Origin: Eledone cirrhosa | Taxonomy: Eukaryota | Length of the DNA stretch: 64,000 nucleotides | Assembly (NCBI GenBank): GCA_964016885.1 | Contig: OZ024740.1 | Span: 189,534,001 to 189,598,000, forward strand | Reading direction: 5' to 3' | In this document: positions 42,523-55,964 of the stretch, piece after piece | Layout of the letters: each line of letters begins with the position of its first letter | Numbering within the stretch: position 1 is the stretch's first letter | Position numbers and translations under genes: made by a program | Notes under the pieces: model-generated | What the model saw: the letters and a program-made list of their open reading frames with translations, nothing else | Told to the model about the DNA's origin: nothing | Databases searched by the model: none

Positions 42523-44106
42523 CAATATAAACAGTTTTATAGATAAATATATTCGACATACCGTAATAAACATCAACTTCATTTGAAGAGGTTTACGCTA
42601 GCAGTGAAACTACAGAGAGAAAGAAAGAGAGAGAGAAAAGATGGAAATAAGAAAGAAAGAAAGACAAAACGAAGAAAAGGAAGAAAAGAAGAAGAAAAAG
42701 AAAGAAAAGAAGAAAAAGAAAAAGAAGAAATGCATGGGACAAAATAGAGAGATGGAAAAATAGATAAAGCGAAGAGCTTCATGTAAAGAGACAGAAAGAT
42801 ATATATATATATATAGAGAGAGGAAATAGAGATAGATACATATATATATATAGAAAATTAGGTAGTGGGAGGTCATTTTGAGTAAGTGTATCAATGATGC
42901 ATTTATTTATCTATCTATTTATTTATTTATTTATTTAGCTCAAGTATTAATGTAAGGGAGATATATAGAGAGATATAGAGAGATATAGAGAGAGAAAAAA
43001 TTTAAAAATAGCCAGACATATTCGAGGCGTAGAAAACCCTATGTTTTAATGTATTAGTATTTATAAAACTTACACTATATTGTAAATATCAGTATTCCTG
43101 AATGAAACAAGTATTCACAATGCGTGAAAATTCATTATCTTATGTTTAGTTTTTAAAAAATTCATATGTCTATGTGACAGCTACAAACATCAATGTGAAT
43201 CCAACTGATTCACTCCGCAAATTCTAAGTTACCGGAAAACATTCTCAATGTGGTATAAAAATTTGAGCGTATTATTATTCTTGCGATTAATTATCTATCA
43301 AGCAGAAATAGAGAGCAGATTTCAATATACTAATCGAAAATATATATTATATTATAAACAAAGATAACAATAATAATGATAATAAGTAAAAATATATAAA
43401 AATATAGAATAGAAAACTAAAAAAATAAAAAAATATTACGAAAGAATATTACATAATAAAAATATTGCATATTAAAAATACTACGTATTAAAAATATTAC
43501 GTATTAAAAATTTACATATAAAAATATTAAAAATAAAAATTTACATATAAAAATATTAAAAATAAAAATTTACATATAAAAATATTAAAAATAAAAATAA
43601 AATAAAATAAAATAAAAAATAAAAAATAAAAATATTATAGAATACTACAATACTAAAAGAATAAAAATAAAAATAAAAATAAAAATAAAAATAAAAATAA
43701 AAATAAAAATAAAAATAAAATAAAAATAAAAATAAAAATAAACCACAAAGAACAACCCTTCAAAGTTAATTGACAATATATTGCCAAGTTCATTACAAGA
43801 CAAAGCCAAAAATTATCTATCAAATCACATCTAGCAAGGAATATCGCAAAAAAGATTATGATGTCCAATAATGTCTACATATGTTCCTATATTTAATATA
43901 TAAGTTTATCTAGTGTAAGGTTAATTCAAAAAATTTGGAGCATCGGCTTTTAGGGTAGCTTAATTTTTCATGAGGAATGTTTAGATAAAAATAAAATAAA
44001 TAAAATAAAATAAACAATAAAAAGAGTAAAAAGAGGGAATCAAAGATTTATGAATCAAAAGATTTATCGGCTAGTTCTCATATAAATATAAATCAAACTA
44101 AATATA

Positions 44107-45762
44107 CTACATTTTAAATTTAAATTTATATTTAAACGTTGAGTTTAATCTATGTTTGCAACAACTGAATAAATTTGTCCGTAGGTTAAGGGAATTTTTA
44201 GATTTTAGTATAAAGAATATCTCCTCTGCGCAGAGGTCACATGTCTCAGAGGATGAATTAAAAGGAATCCCTCTTGAGACTATATTCCAAGCCGTCGAAT
44301 ATCTAACGTTATCTAGCTTAAGTTGCCAGAGTACCCCTGATAGTGCCGTTGAAGATTTTTTATTTGGATCTGTGAAAGAATTCTTGTGGTTATTATAGCG
44401 AAGTTTAAATTCCGTCGATGTGGAACCGACGTAGTTAAAAGAATTAGAGTCAGTATTAACATTACAATTGTATACTATATTTTTAACTAAGCAGTTGTTA
44501 TTTAACGGACATTTAGATCTATCTCTACAGTTACATTTGTTAACTTGTATATTATTTATGCTATTATCAGTAGGTTTTAAGTTCCTATTATTTATTCTAT
44601 TAATATTTTGTGCTAAATTTTTGGTGGATGAGTAGGTTAATTTAATTGTATGCCTATTGAAGATTGAGTGGTACCTATGTGTTCTAGGGAAGCGATTATC
44701 AAGAGCTTTGAAAAATAATTTAGCGATGTGGGTTTTAATGTTTAGTGAGAAAGGGGGGGCAAACCAAATTATGTTCCTAGTTCTATTTCTTTTTTGTCCT
44801 TTGGAATTATTGTAATGCTTTCTATTATAGTTGTTAATGTTGTTGCCGTAATTAAAAAAGTTGTTACTTTGTTTAGTTTGTTTATCATTATCTATGTACA
44901 CAATCTTATCAGCATACCCTGCCCTAGCTAGTGCATCATTATAGTATTGGGCCTTTTTGTCAAAAATCTTTCTATTCGACGAGATCCTAGAGATACGTTT
45001 TTGGACTGAGTTTACTATAGTGTTTTTGACAGATCTGGGGTGGTTAGAGTTAAAGTTGACATAGTTTAAGTTTTCATTCAACTTGTGAAAACGATAGTGG
45101 AGACATGTGTTGAGATTTAATGTTATATCTAGGAAATTGACTATTCTATGGTTGTTCTCAATTTCTATTTTAAGGTTAAAGTAATTAAAAAATTTTGTAA
45201 TTTATTTACATTTTCTATTTAGTTCAGGGTTATTATTATTAATAAGTAAAAGCATGTCATCCCTATATAAACCTCCGGTAGTACCAGGTATTTTCCTATG
45301 TAGCGAATTGATTAAAAATAAACCCACAAGGTCAGTTACCTGAGCTGAGTCGGAAGATCCCATAGTTATGTCAAAATTGCTATCTCTATCTGCTCTGGTC
45401 CATAATTTGGCATCAAATTCTATCAAAGTTTTCCTAGCCGATAATATAATATGCATTTCTTTGCTAGTTAGGTCCGTATGTTTGAATGCGTAATTTAGTG
45501 CCTTATTTAGTAGACTAGGGGTAATAGAAGAATAATAGTTAGATATATCAAGTTGAATAAACCTATTATTATTGTCATATTTAATTTGCCTAAACCACTC
45601 AACAACCTCTCCAGTTCCCTTCCACAAGCTCAGGTTAGATACACAATCCAAGTTCTTAATTTGCAGTATCACCCTGTCAAGAATGTTTTTGCTTAATTTG
45701 CCCAGGTCCGATTTTGAAGGTGCGATCAATCTAACTGGCAGGTCAATCTCAAAATTCCTCTT
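44107..45762 (-). pseudogene. Naiad RT, thumb and GIY-YIG; 5'-truncated with one in-frame TAA at 45202
   Basis: [71 protein letters not shown]; the two track ORFs share a frame. Confidence 0.93.
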
Positions 45763-46428
45763 AATTTGGTTTGCCCCCCCCCTTTCTCACTAAACATTAA
45801 AACCCACATCGCTAAATTATTTTTCAAAGCTCTTGATAATCGCTTCCCTAGAACACATAGGTACCACTCAATCTTCAATAGGCATACAATTAAATTAACC
45901 TACTCATCCACCAAAAATTTAGCACAAAATATTAATAGAATAAATAATAGGAACTTAAAACCTACTGATAATAGCATAAATAATATACAAGTTAACAAAT
46001 GTAACTGTAGAGATAGATCTAAATGTCCGTTAAATAACAACTGCTTAGTTAAAAATATAGTATACAATTGTAATGTTAATACTGACTCTAATTCTTTTAA
46101 CTACGTCGGTTCCACATCGACGGAATTTAAACTTCGCTATAATAACCACAAGAATTCTTTCACAGATCCAAATAAAAAATCTTCAACGGCACTATCAGGG
46201 GTACTCTGGCAACTTAAGCTAGATAACGTTAGATATTCGACGGCTTGGAATATAGTCTCAAGAGGGATTCCTTTTCATTCATCCTCTGAGACATGTGACC
46301 TCTGCGCAGAGGAGATATTCTTTATACTAAAATCTAAAAATTCCCTTAACCTACGGACAAATTTATTCAGTTGTTGCAAACATAGATTAAACCCAACGTT
46401 TAAATATAAATTTAAATTTAAAATGTAG
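45763..46428 (+). pseudogene. Inverted duplicate of the GIY-YIG half
   Basis: Near-identical to the C-terminal ~215 aa of 44107-45081. Confidence 0.9.
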
Positions 46429-47963
46429 TATATTTAGTTTGATTTATATTTATATGAGAACTAGCCGATAAATCTTTTGATTCCTAAATCTTTGATTCCC
46501 TCTTTTTACTCTTTTTATTGTTTATTTTATTTTATTTATTTTTTTATCTAAACATTCCTCATGAAAAATTAAGCTACCCTAAAAGCCGATGCTCCAAATT
46601 TTTTGAATTAACCTTACACTAGATAAACTTATATATTAAATATAGGAACATATGTAGACAGTATTGGACATCATAATCTTTTTTGCGATATTCCTTGCTA
46701 GATGTGATTTGATAGATAATTTTTGGCTTTGTCTTGTAATGAACTTGGCAATATATTGTCAATTAAATTTGAAGGGTTGTTCTTTGTGGTTTATTTTTAT
46801 TTTTATTTTTATTTTTATTTTTATTCTTTTAGTATTGCAGTATTCTATAATATTTTTATTTTTTATTTTTTATTTTATTTTATTTTATTTTTATTTTTAA
46901 TATTTTTATATGTAAATTTTTATTTTTAATATTTTTATATGTAAATTTTTATTTTTAATATTTTTATATGTAAATTTTTAATACGTAATATTTTTAATAC
47001 GTAGTATTTTTAATATGCAATATTTTTATTATGTAATATTCTTTCGTAATATTTTTTTATTTTTTTAGTTTTCTATTCTATATTTTTATATATTTTTACT
47101 TATTATCATTATTATTGTTATCTTTGTTTATAATATAATATATATTTTCGATTAGTATATTGAAATCTGCTCTCTATTTCTGCTTGATAGATAATCTTGT
47201 AGAGTAATCGCAAGAATAATAATACGCTCAAATTTTTATACCACATTGAGAATGTTTTCCGGTAACTTAGAATTTGCGGAGTGAATCAGTTGGATTCACA
47301 TTGATGTTTGTAGCTGTCACATAGACATATGAATTTTTTAAAAACTAAACATAAGATAATGAATTTTCACGCATTGTGAATACTCGTTTCATTCAGGAAT
47401 ACTGATATTTACAATATAGTGTAAGTTTTATAAATACTAATACATTAAAACATAGGGTTTTCTACGCCTCGAATATGTCTGGCTATTTTTAAATTTTTTC
47501 TCTCTCTATATCTCTCTATATCTCTCTATATATCTCCCTTACATTAATACTTGAGCTAAATAAATAAATAAATAAATAGATAGATAAATAAATGCATCAT
47601 TGATACACTTACTCAAAATGACCTCCCACTACCTAATTTTCTATATATATATATGTATCTATCTCTATTTCCTCTCTCTCTCTATATATATATATCTTTC
47701 TGTCTCTTTACATGAAGCTCTTCGCTTTATCTATTTTTCCATCTCTCTATTTTGTCCCATGCATTTCTTCTTTTTCTTTTTCTTCTTTTTCTTCTTCTTT
47801 TTCTTCCTTTTCTTCGTTTTGTCTTTCTTTCTTTCTTATTTCCCTCTTTTCTCTCTCTCTTTCTTTCTCTCTGTATTTTCACTGCTAGCGTAAACCTCTT
47901 CAAATGAAGTTGATGTTTATTACGGTATGTCGAATATATTTATCTATAAAACTGTTTATATTG

Positions 47964-48029
47964 TATTTTGTCTGATGAAGGCATAGCATATTGTTAATAT
48001 GATATCCCCGAAATATATATAATGAAATA
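47964..48029 (+). ncRNA. Type I hammerhead ribozyme
   Basis: TATTTTGT-CTGATGA-..-GAAA-TATATA-TA-ATGAAATA. Confidence 0.85.
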
Positions 48030-48062
48030 AATATGGTTTTATAAATATAATTTTCCATTTAT

Positions 48063-48114
<52 letters not shown>

Positions 48115-48182
48115 ATATATATATATATAAGTATATATATATATATATATATATAAGTATATATATATATATATATATATAA

Positions 48183-48235
<53 letters not shown>

Positions 48236-48500
48236 TATATATATATATATATAAGTATATATATATATATATAAGTATATATATATATATATATATATAA
48301 GTATATATATATAAGTATATATATATATATATATATATATAAGTATATATATATATATATATATAAGTATATATATATATATATATATATATATAAGTAT
48401 ATATATATATATAAGTATATATATATATATAAGTATATATATATATATATAAGTATATATATATATATAAGAATATATATATATATATATATAAGTATAT

Positions 48501-48531
<31 letters not shown>

Positions 48532-48637
48532 AGTATATATATAGAAAGATTTGAATGGATACAGTTTAGTTGAAAGGAATTTATTGACACGTGTTTCTAT
48601 AACAGTTACATAACCTAAAACAGCTATCTACAAACTT

Positions 48638-48697
48638 TTAGTTATGCAGACATTCAATATTTCAATGTTATTATTTACTGTCATTTCATCAGAATAA
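48638..48697 (-). ncRNA. Putative hammerhead (mirror copy)
   Basis: Reverse complement of 49881-49940. Confidence 0.5.
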
Positions 48698-49281
48698 TAT
48701 TACTGAGGACCTATTTAGTTTTTATAGAGAATATTAGGAGGGAGGGGTGAAGTTGTTAGAAGAATAGTTGAAGGAGTGGTTTTTCGATAGCAGTGAGAAT
48801 TCTTGGTGGCAGTGAGTAATTAGATTCCCATCTGTTGTTTTGACATTTTTTATAGAATATATTATTGGTTATTTTTCTAAATCTATAGAAGGATTAGAGA
48901 TAGTAAAGATATGCGTGGTTGGTTTTGTGTTTGCACTTAATTAACATTCAGACTTAAATTTTTCTTTCGAGTGTACGTATCCTTTCACCCACGCATTCAC
49001 ACACAAATATATTTGCACACCTCTACAAAATACATATACTCACAATTCACATATTCATACTTACATATATATACACATGCATACACATATATATACACAC
49101 ATGTATTCATGTACATACATACGCGCTCATGTGTATACATTTTCATATTCAACTTATCTTTATATACACACGTATAGACACACACATATATACATACATA
49201 CTCTAGTCCATGTGTACACACATACACATACATACACATCCATATACACATACATACATACACATATATATATATATATAC

Positions 49282-49312
<31 letters not shown>

Positions 49313-49880
49313 TGTGTATGTATGTATGTGTATATGGATGTGTATGTATGTGTATGTGTGTACACATGGACTAGAGTATGTATGTATATATGTGTGTGTC
49401 TATACGTGTGTATATAAAGATAAGTTGAGTATGAAAATGTATACACATGAGCGCGTATGTATGTACATGAATACATGTGTGTATATATATGTGTATGCAT
49501 GTGTATATATATGTAAGTATGAATATGTGAATTGTGAGTATATGTATTTTGTAGAGGTGTGCAAATATATTTGTGTGTGAATGCGTGGGTGAAAGGATAC
49601 GTACACTCGAAAGAAAAATTTAAGTCTGAATGTTAATTAAGTGCAAACACAAAACCAACCACGCATATCTTTACTATCTCTAATCCTTCTATAGATTTAG
49701 AAAAATAACCAATAATATATTCTATAAAAAAATGTCAAAACAACAGATGGGAATCTAATTACTCACTGCCACCAAGAATTCTCACTGCTATCGAAAAACC
49801 ACTCCTTCAACTATTCTTCTAACAACTTCACCCCTCCCTCCTAATATTCTCTATAAAAACTAAATAGGTCCTCAGTAATA

Positions 49881-49940
49881 TTATTCTGATGAAATGACAG
49901 TAAATAATAACATTGAAATATTGAATGTCTGCATAACTAA
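49881..49940 (+). ncRNA. Putative hammerhead
   Basis: TTATT-CTGATGA-AATG/CATT-GAAA-T..A-TA-ACTAA; stems I and III are ambiguous. Confidence 0.5.
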
Positions 49941-50152
49941 AAGTTTGTAGATAGCTGTTTTAGGTTATGTAACTGTTATAGAAACACGTGTCACTAAATT
50001 CCTTTCAACTAAACTGTATCCATTCAAATCTTTCTATTTTTCTCCGGATTACTTTTGGAACTACAACTGGAACCGTCGAGCAAACTCTACGTGAGCTGAT
50101 AATCTACTGTGTGTAATATTTATATTACAACACAACGGAAAATACTGTATAA

Positions 50153-50207
<55 letters not shown>

Positions 50208-50508
50208 TATATATATATATATATATATAAGTATATATACATATATATAAGTATATATATATATATATAAGTATATATACATATATATAAGTATATATAT
50301 ATATATATAAGTATATATATATATATATAAGTATATATATATATATAAGTATATATATATATAAGTATATATATATATAAGTATATATATATATATATAA
50401 GTATATATATATATATATAAGTATATATATATATATATAAGTATATATATATATATATACATATATAAGTATATATATAAGTATATATATATATATATAC
50501 ACATATAA

Positions 50509-50631
<123 letters not shown>

Positions 50632-50680
50632 AGTATATATGATCTTAAATAAATGGAAACTATATTTATAAAACCATATT

Positions 50681-50746
50681 TATTTCATTATATATATTTC
50701 AGGGATATCATATTAACAATATGTTATGCCTTCATCAGACAAAATA
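50681..50746 (-). ncRNA. Type I hammerhead ribozyme
   Basis: Same architecture as 42457-42522. Confidence 0.85.
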
Positions 50747-51545
50747 CAATATAAACAGTCTTATAAATAAATAGATATGACATACCTTTCAATCGACTTG
50801 CATTTGGGAAGTTGATTTGGCAGTAAAAAATATTGTGGACAGTTGTAAAAAGAAAGAGAGAAAGAAAGAAAGAAAGAAAAACGAAGAAAAAAGAAGAAAT
50901 GCATGTGACTAAATAGAGAGATATAGAAAGATAGATAAAGAGAAGAACTTCATGTAAAGGAACAGAGAGAGATATATAGAGAGAGGAAAAAAAAGAAAGA
51001 GATAGATAGAGATAGATAGAGAAACTAGGTAGTTGAGTATCAATTGATACATTTATTTATTTATTTATTTATTAATTTAGCTCTAGTATTAATGTAAAGA
51101 GAGATGTATGTAGTTAAGAGAGAAAATAGCCGTTATATAGAGAGAAAAAAGAGAAAATGAAAAAGAGACAATGAAAAATAACCAGACATAAACGAGGCAG
51201 AATTTAAAAACGCTATGTTTCATCATGTAGAAAATATTAGTTCGTATAAAACAGGCATTATAATGTAAATATCAGTATTCATGAATGAGACATGTATCTA
51301 TAATGTGTGAAAAGTAATGATCTTATGTCTAGTTTTTAAAAATTCATATGTTTATATCATAATTATAAACAAACTCCCAATTCACACGAAAACATTCTCA
51401 TTGTGCTATAAAAATTCAAGTATACATATATGTGTGTATATATACACATATATATAGAGTCTATATTAATTTTAACAATACTATTCTTGTCTTTACTCTA
51501 CATGATTGTCGATCAAGCAGAAATAGAGATCAGATTTCAATATAT

Positions 51546-51730
51546 TAATAAAAATAAAAATAAAAATAAGAATAAAAATAAAAATAAAAATAAAAATAAA
51601 AATAAAAATAAAAATAAAAATAAAAATAAAAATAAAAATAAAAATAAAAATAAAAATAAAAATAAAAATAAAAATAAAAATAAAAATAAAAATAAAAATA
51701 AAAATAAAAATAAAAATAAAAATAAAAATA
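51546..51730. repeat. (TAAAAA)n hexamer tract
   Basis: Read directly, about 30 units. Confidence 0.95.
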
Positions 51731-54337
51731 TCAGAGACAAGAAAATAAATAAATAAACAGAAAACTAAAACATTTAATATTAAAAATAAAAACTAAAAAT
51801 ATTACAAAATATTAAAAAAATATTAAAAAATAATAAAAATAAAACATAGTATGCCACGCAAATCGGCCACAAAAGATCAGCCTTTCAAAGTTAATTGACA
51901 ATATATTGCCAAGTTCATCATAAGCATCAGAGTCGAAACAGATAAAACAAAAATTATTTACCAAATCCTGTCTAGCAGAAATCATTCCAAAAGTTTAGGA
52001 TACCCATTTGGTCTACATATGTTCTTATATTTAATATAGAAGTTTATCTAGTGTAAAATTTAATTCGATATATTTGGAGCATCGGCTTTTAGGGTAGTTT
52101 AATTATTCATGAAGAATGTTTTAATAAAAAGAATGTTTTAATAAAAAGAAGAAATCGAAAGATTTATCGGCTAGTTTCATAAATAATTATAAATCAAATC
52201 AAACATAACTACATTTTAAATTTAAATTTATATTTAAACGTTGAGTTCAATCTATGTCTGCAGCAACTGAATAAATTTGTCCGTAGATTAAGGGAATTTT
52301 TAGACTTTAGTATAAAGAATATCTCCTCCGCACAGAGGTCACATGTCTCAGAGGATGAATTAAAAGGAATCCCTCTTGAAACTATATTCCAAGTCGTCGA
52401 ATATCTAACGTTATCATGCCTAAGTTGCCAGAGTACGCCTGATAGTGCTGTTGAAGATTTTTTGGATGGATCTGTGAAAGAATCTTGTGGTTGTTATAGC
52501 GAAGTTTAAATTCCGTCGATGTGGAACCAACGTCGTTAAAAGAATTAACGTCCGTTTTAACATTACAGTTGTATATTATATTTTTAACTAAGCAGTTGTT
52601 ATTTAACGGACATTTAGATCTATCTCTACAGTTACATTTGTTAACTTGGATATTATTTATGCTATTATCGCTAGGTTTTAAGTTCCTATTATTTATTCTA
52701 TTAATATTTTGTGCTAAATTTTTGGTGGATGAGTAGGTTAATTTTATAGTATGTCTATTGAATATTGAGTGATACTTATGTGTTCTAGGGAAGCGATTAT
52801 CAAGAGCTTTAAAAAATAGTTTAGCGATGTGGGTTTTAATGTTTAGTGAGAAAGGGGGGGGGGGGCAAACTATATTATATTCCTAGTTCTATTTCTTTTA
52901 TGGTTTTTGGAATTATTGTAATGCTTTCTATTATAGTTGTTAAGGTTGTGGCCGTAATTAAAATAGTTGTTATTTTGTTTAATTTGTTTATCATTATCTA
53001 TGTACATAATTTTATCACTATATCCTGCTCTAGCTAACGCTTCATTGTAATAATGGGCTTTTTGATTTATAATTATTTATGAAACTAGCCGATAAATCTT
53101 TCGATTTCTTCTTTTTATTAAAACATTCTTTTCATTAAAACATTCTTCATGAATAATTAAACTACCCTAAAAGCTGATGCTCCAAATATATCGAATTAAA
53201 TTTTACACTAGATAAACTTCTATATTAAATATAAGAACATATGTAGACCAAATGGGTATCCTAAACTTTTGGAATGATTTCTGCTAGACAGGATTTGGTA
53301 AATAATTTTGTTTTATCTGTTTCGACTCTGATGCTTATGATGAACTTGGCAATATATTGTCAATTAACTTTGAAAGGCTGATCTTTTGTGGGCGATTTGC
53401 GTGGCATACTATGTTTTATTTTTATTATTTTTTAATATTTTTTTAATATTTTGTAATATTTTTAGTTTTTATTTTTAATATTAAATGTTTTAGTTTTCTG
53501 TTTATTTATTTATTTTCTTGTCTCTGATATTTTTATTTTTATTTTTATTTTTATTTTTATTAATATATTGAAATCTGTTCTCTATTTCTGCTTGATCGAC
53601 AATCATGTAGAGTAAAGACAAGAATAGTATTGTTAAAATTAATATAGACTCTATATATATGTGTATATATACACACATATATGTATACTTGAATTTTTAT
53701 AGCACAATGAGAATGTTTTCGTGTGAATTGGGAGTTTGTTTATAATTATGATATAAACATATGAATTTTTAAAAACTAGACATAAGATCATTACTTTTCA
53801 CACATTATAGATACATGTCTCATTCATGAATACTGATATTTACATTATAATGCCTGTTTTATACGAACTAATATTTTCTACATGATGAAACATAGCGTTT
53901 TTAAATTCTGCCTCGTTTATGTCTGGTTATTTTTCATTGTCTCTTTTTCATTTTCTCTTTTTTCTCTCTATATAACGGCTATTTTTTCTCTTAACTACAT
54001 ACATCTCTCTTTACATTAATACTAGAGCTAAATAAATAAATAAATAAATAAATAAATGTATCAATTGATACTCAACTACCTAGTTTCTCTATCTATCTCT
54101 ATCTATCTCTTTCTTTTTTTTCCTCTCTCTATATATCTCTCTCTGTTCCTTTACATGAAGTTCTTCTCTTTATCTATCTTTCTATATCTCTCTATTTAGT
54201 CACATGCATTTCTTCTTTTTCTTCGTTTTTCTTTCTTTCTTTCTCTCTTTCTTTTTACAACTGCCAAATCAACTTCCCAAATGCAAGTCGATTGAAAGGT
54301 ATGTCATATCTATTTATTTATAAGACTGTTTATATTG

Positions 54338-54403
54338 TATTTTGTCTGATGAAGGCATAACATACTGTTAATATGATATCCCTGAAATATATATAATGAA
54401 ATA
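54338..54403 (+). ncRNA. Type I hammerhead ribozyme
   Basis: TATTTTGT-CTGATGA-AGG..CCT-GAAA-TATATA-TA-ATGAAATA. Confidence 0.85.
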
Positions 54404-54603
54404 AATATGGTTTTATAAATATAGTTTCCATTTATTTAATATCATAAATATACTCCAAATACTTGTTGAGTGCTTTTATATCAGTTATAAATATTTACTC
54501 GTTGCTAACCCAACAATTTAAATATAACTTTCCATATATAAGTATATATATATATAAGTTTATATATAAGTATATATATATATATATAAGTATATATATA
54601 TAA

Positions 54604-54686
<83 letters not shown>

Positions 54687-54703
54687 TATATATATATATA
54701 TAA

Positions 54704-54871
<168 letters not shown>

Positions 54872-54876
54872 TATAT

Positions 54877-54909
<33 letters not shown>

Positions 54910-54910
54910 A

Positions 54911-54960
<50 letters not shown>

Positions 54961-55044
54961 ATATAAGTATATTATTATATATATATAAGTATATATATAT
55001 ATATATATATATATATAAGTATATATATATATATATATTATATA

Positions 55045-55087
<43 letters not shown>

Positions 55088-55364
55088 ATAAGTATATATA
55101 TATATATATATATATAAGTATATATATATATATATATATAAGTATATATATATATATATATAAGTATATATATATATATATATAAGTATATATATATATA
55201 TATATAAGTATATATATATATATATAAGTATATATATATATATAAGTATATATATATATATATATAAGTATATATATATATATATATAAGTATATATATA
55301 TATATATATATATATATAAGTATATATATATATATATATAAGTATATATATATATATATGTAAG

Positions 55365-55400
<36 letters not shown>

Positions 55401-55591
55401 CTTATATATATATATATATAAATATATATATAAGTATATATATATATATAAAAATATATAAATAAGTTTATATATATATAAGTATATATATATATAAGTA
55501 TATATATATATAAGTATATATATATATAAGTATATATATATATATATATATATAAGTATATATATATATATAAGTATATATATATATATAA

Positions 55592-55626
<35 letters not shown>

Positions 55627-55645
55627 TATATATATATATAAGCAT

Positions 55646-55676
<31 letters not shown>

Positions 55677-55677
55677 A

Positions 55678-55712
<35 letters not shown>

Positions 55713-55964
55713 TATATATATATATATATATAAATATATATATATATAAATATATATATATATAAATATATATATGTATAAGTATATATATATATATAAG
55801 TCTATATATATAAATATATAAGTATATATATATATATATATATATATAAGAATATATATATAAATATATAATTATATATATATATATAAGTATATATATA
55901 TATATATAAATATATATATATATAAATATAAATATATATATATATAAATATATAAGTATATATA

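Larger units (their letters stand above)
48541..50148. mobile_element. 1.5-kb near-perfect non-coding palindrome (48541-50037) plus a 110-bp tail
   Basis: Arms are reverse complements centred near 49289 in a (TA) run; mirrored ORFs in the track; embedded in the satellite. Confidence 0.92.
50640..54532 (-). mobile_element. Naiad-like PLE copy C: frameshifted GIY-YIG fragment (52209-53064) with ~1.4-kb inverted arms
   Basis: ~50643-52198 is inverted at ~53061-54440; the coding part is homologous to 44107-44960. Confidence 0.9.
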
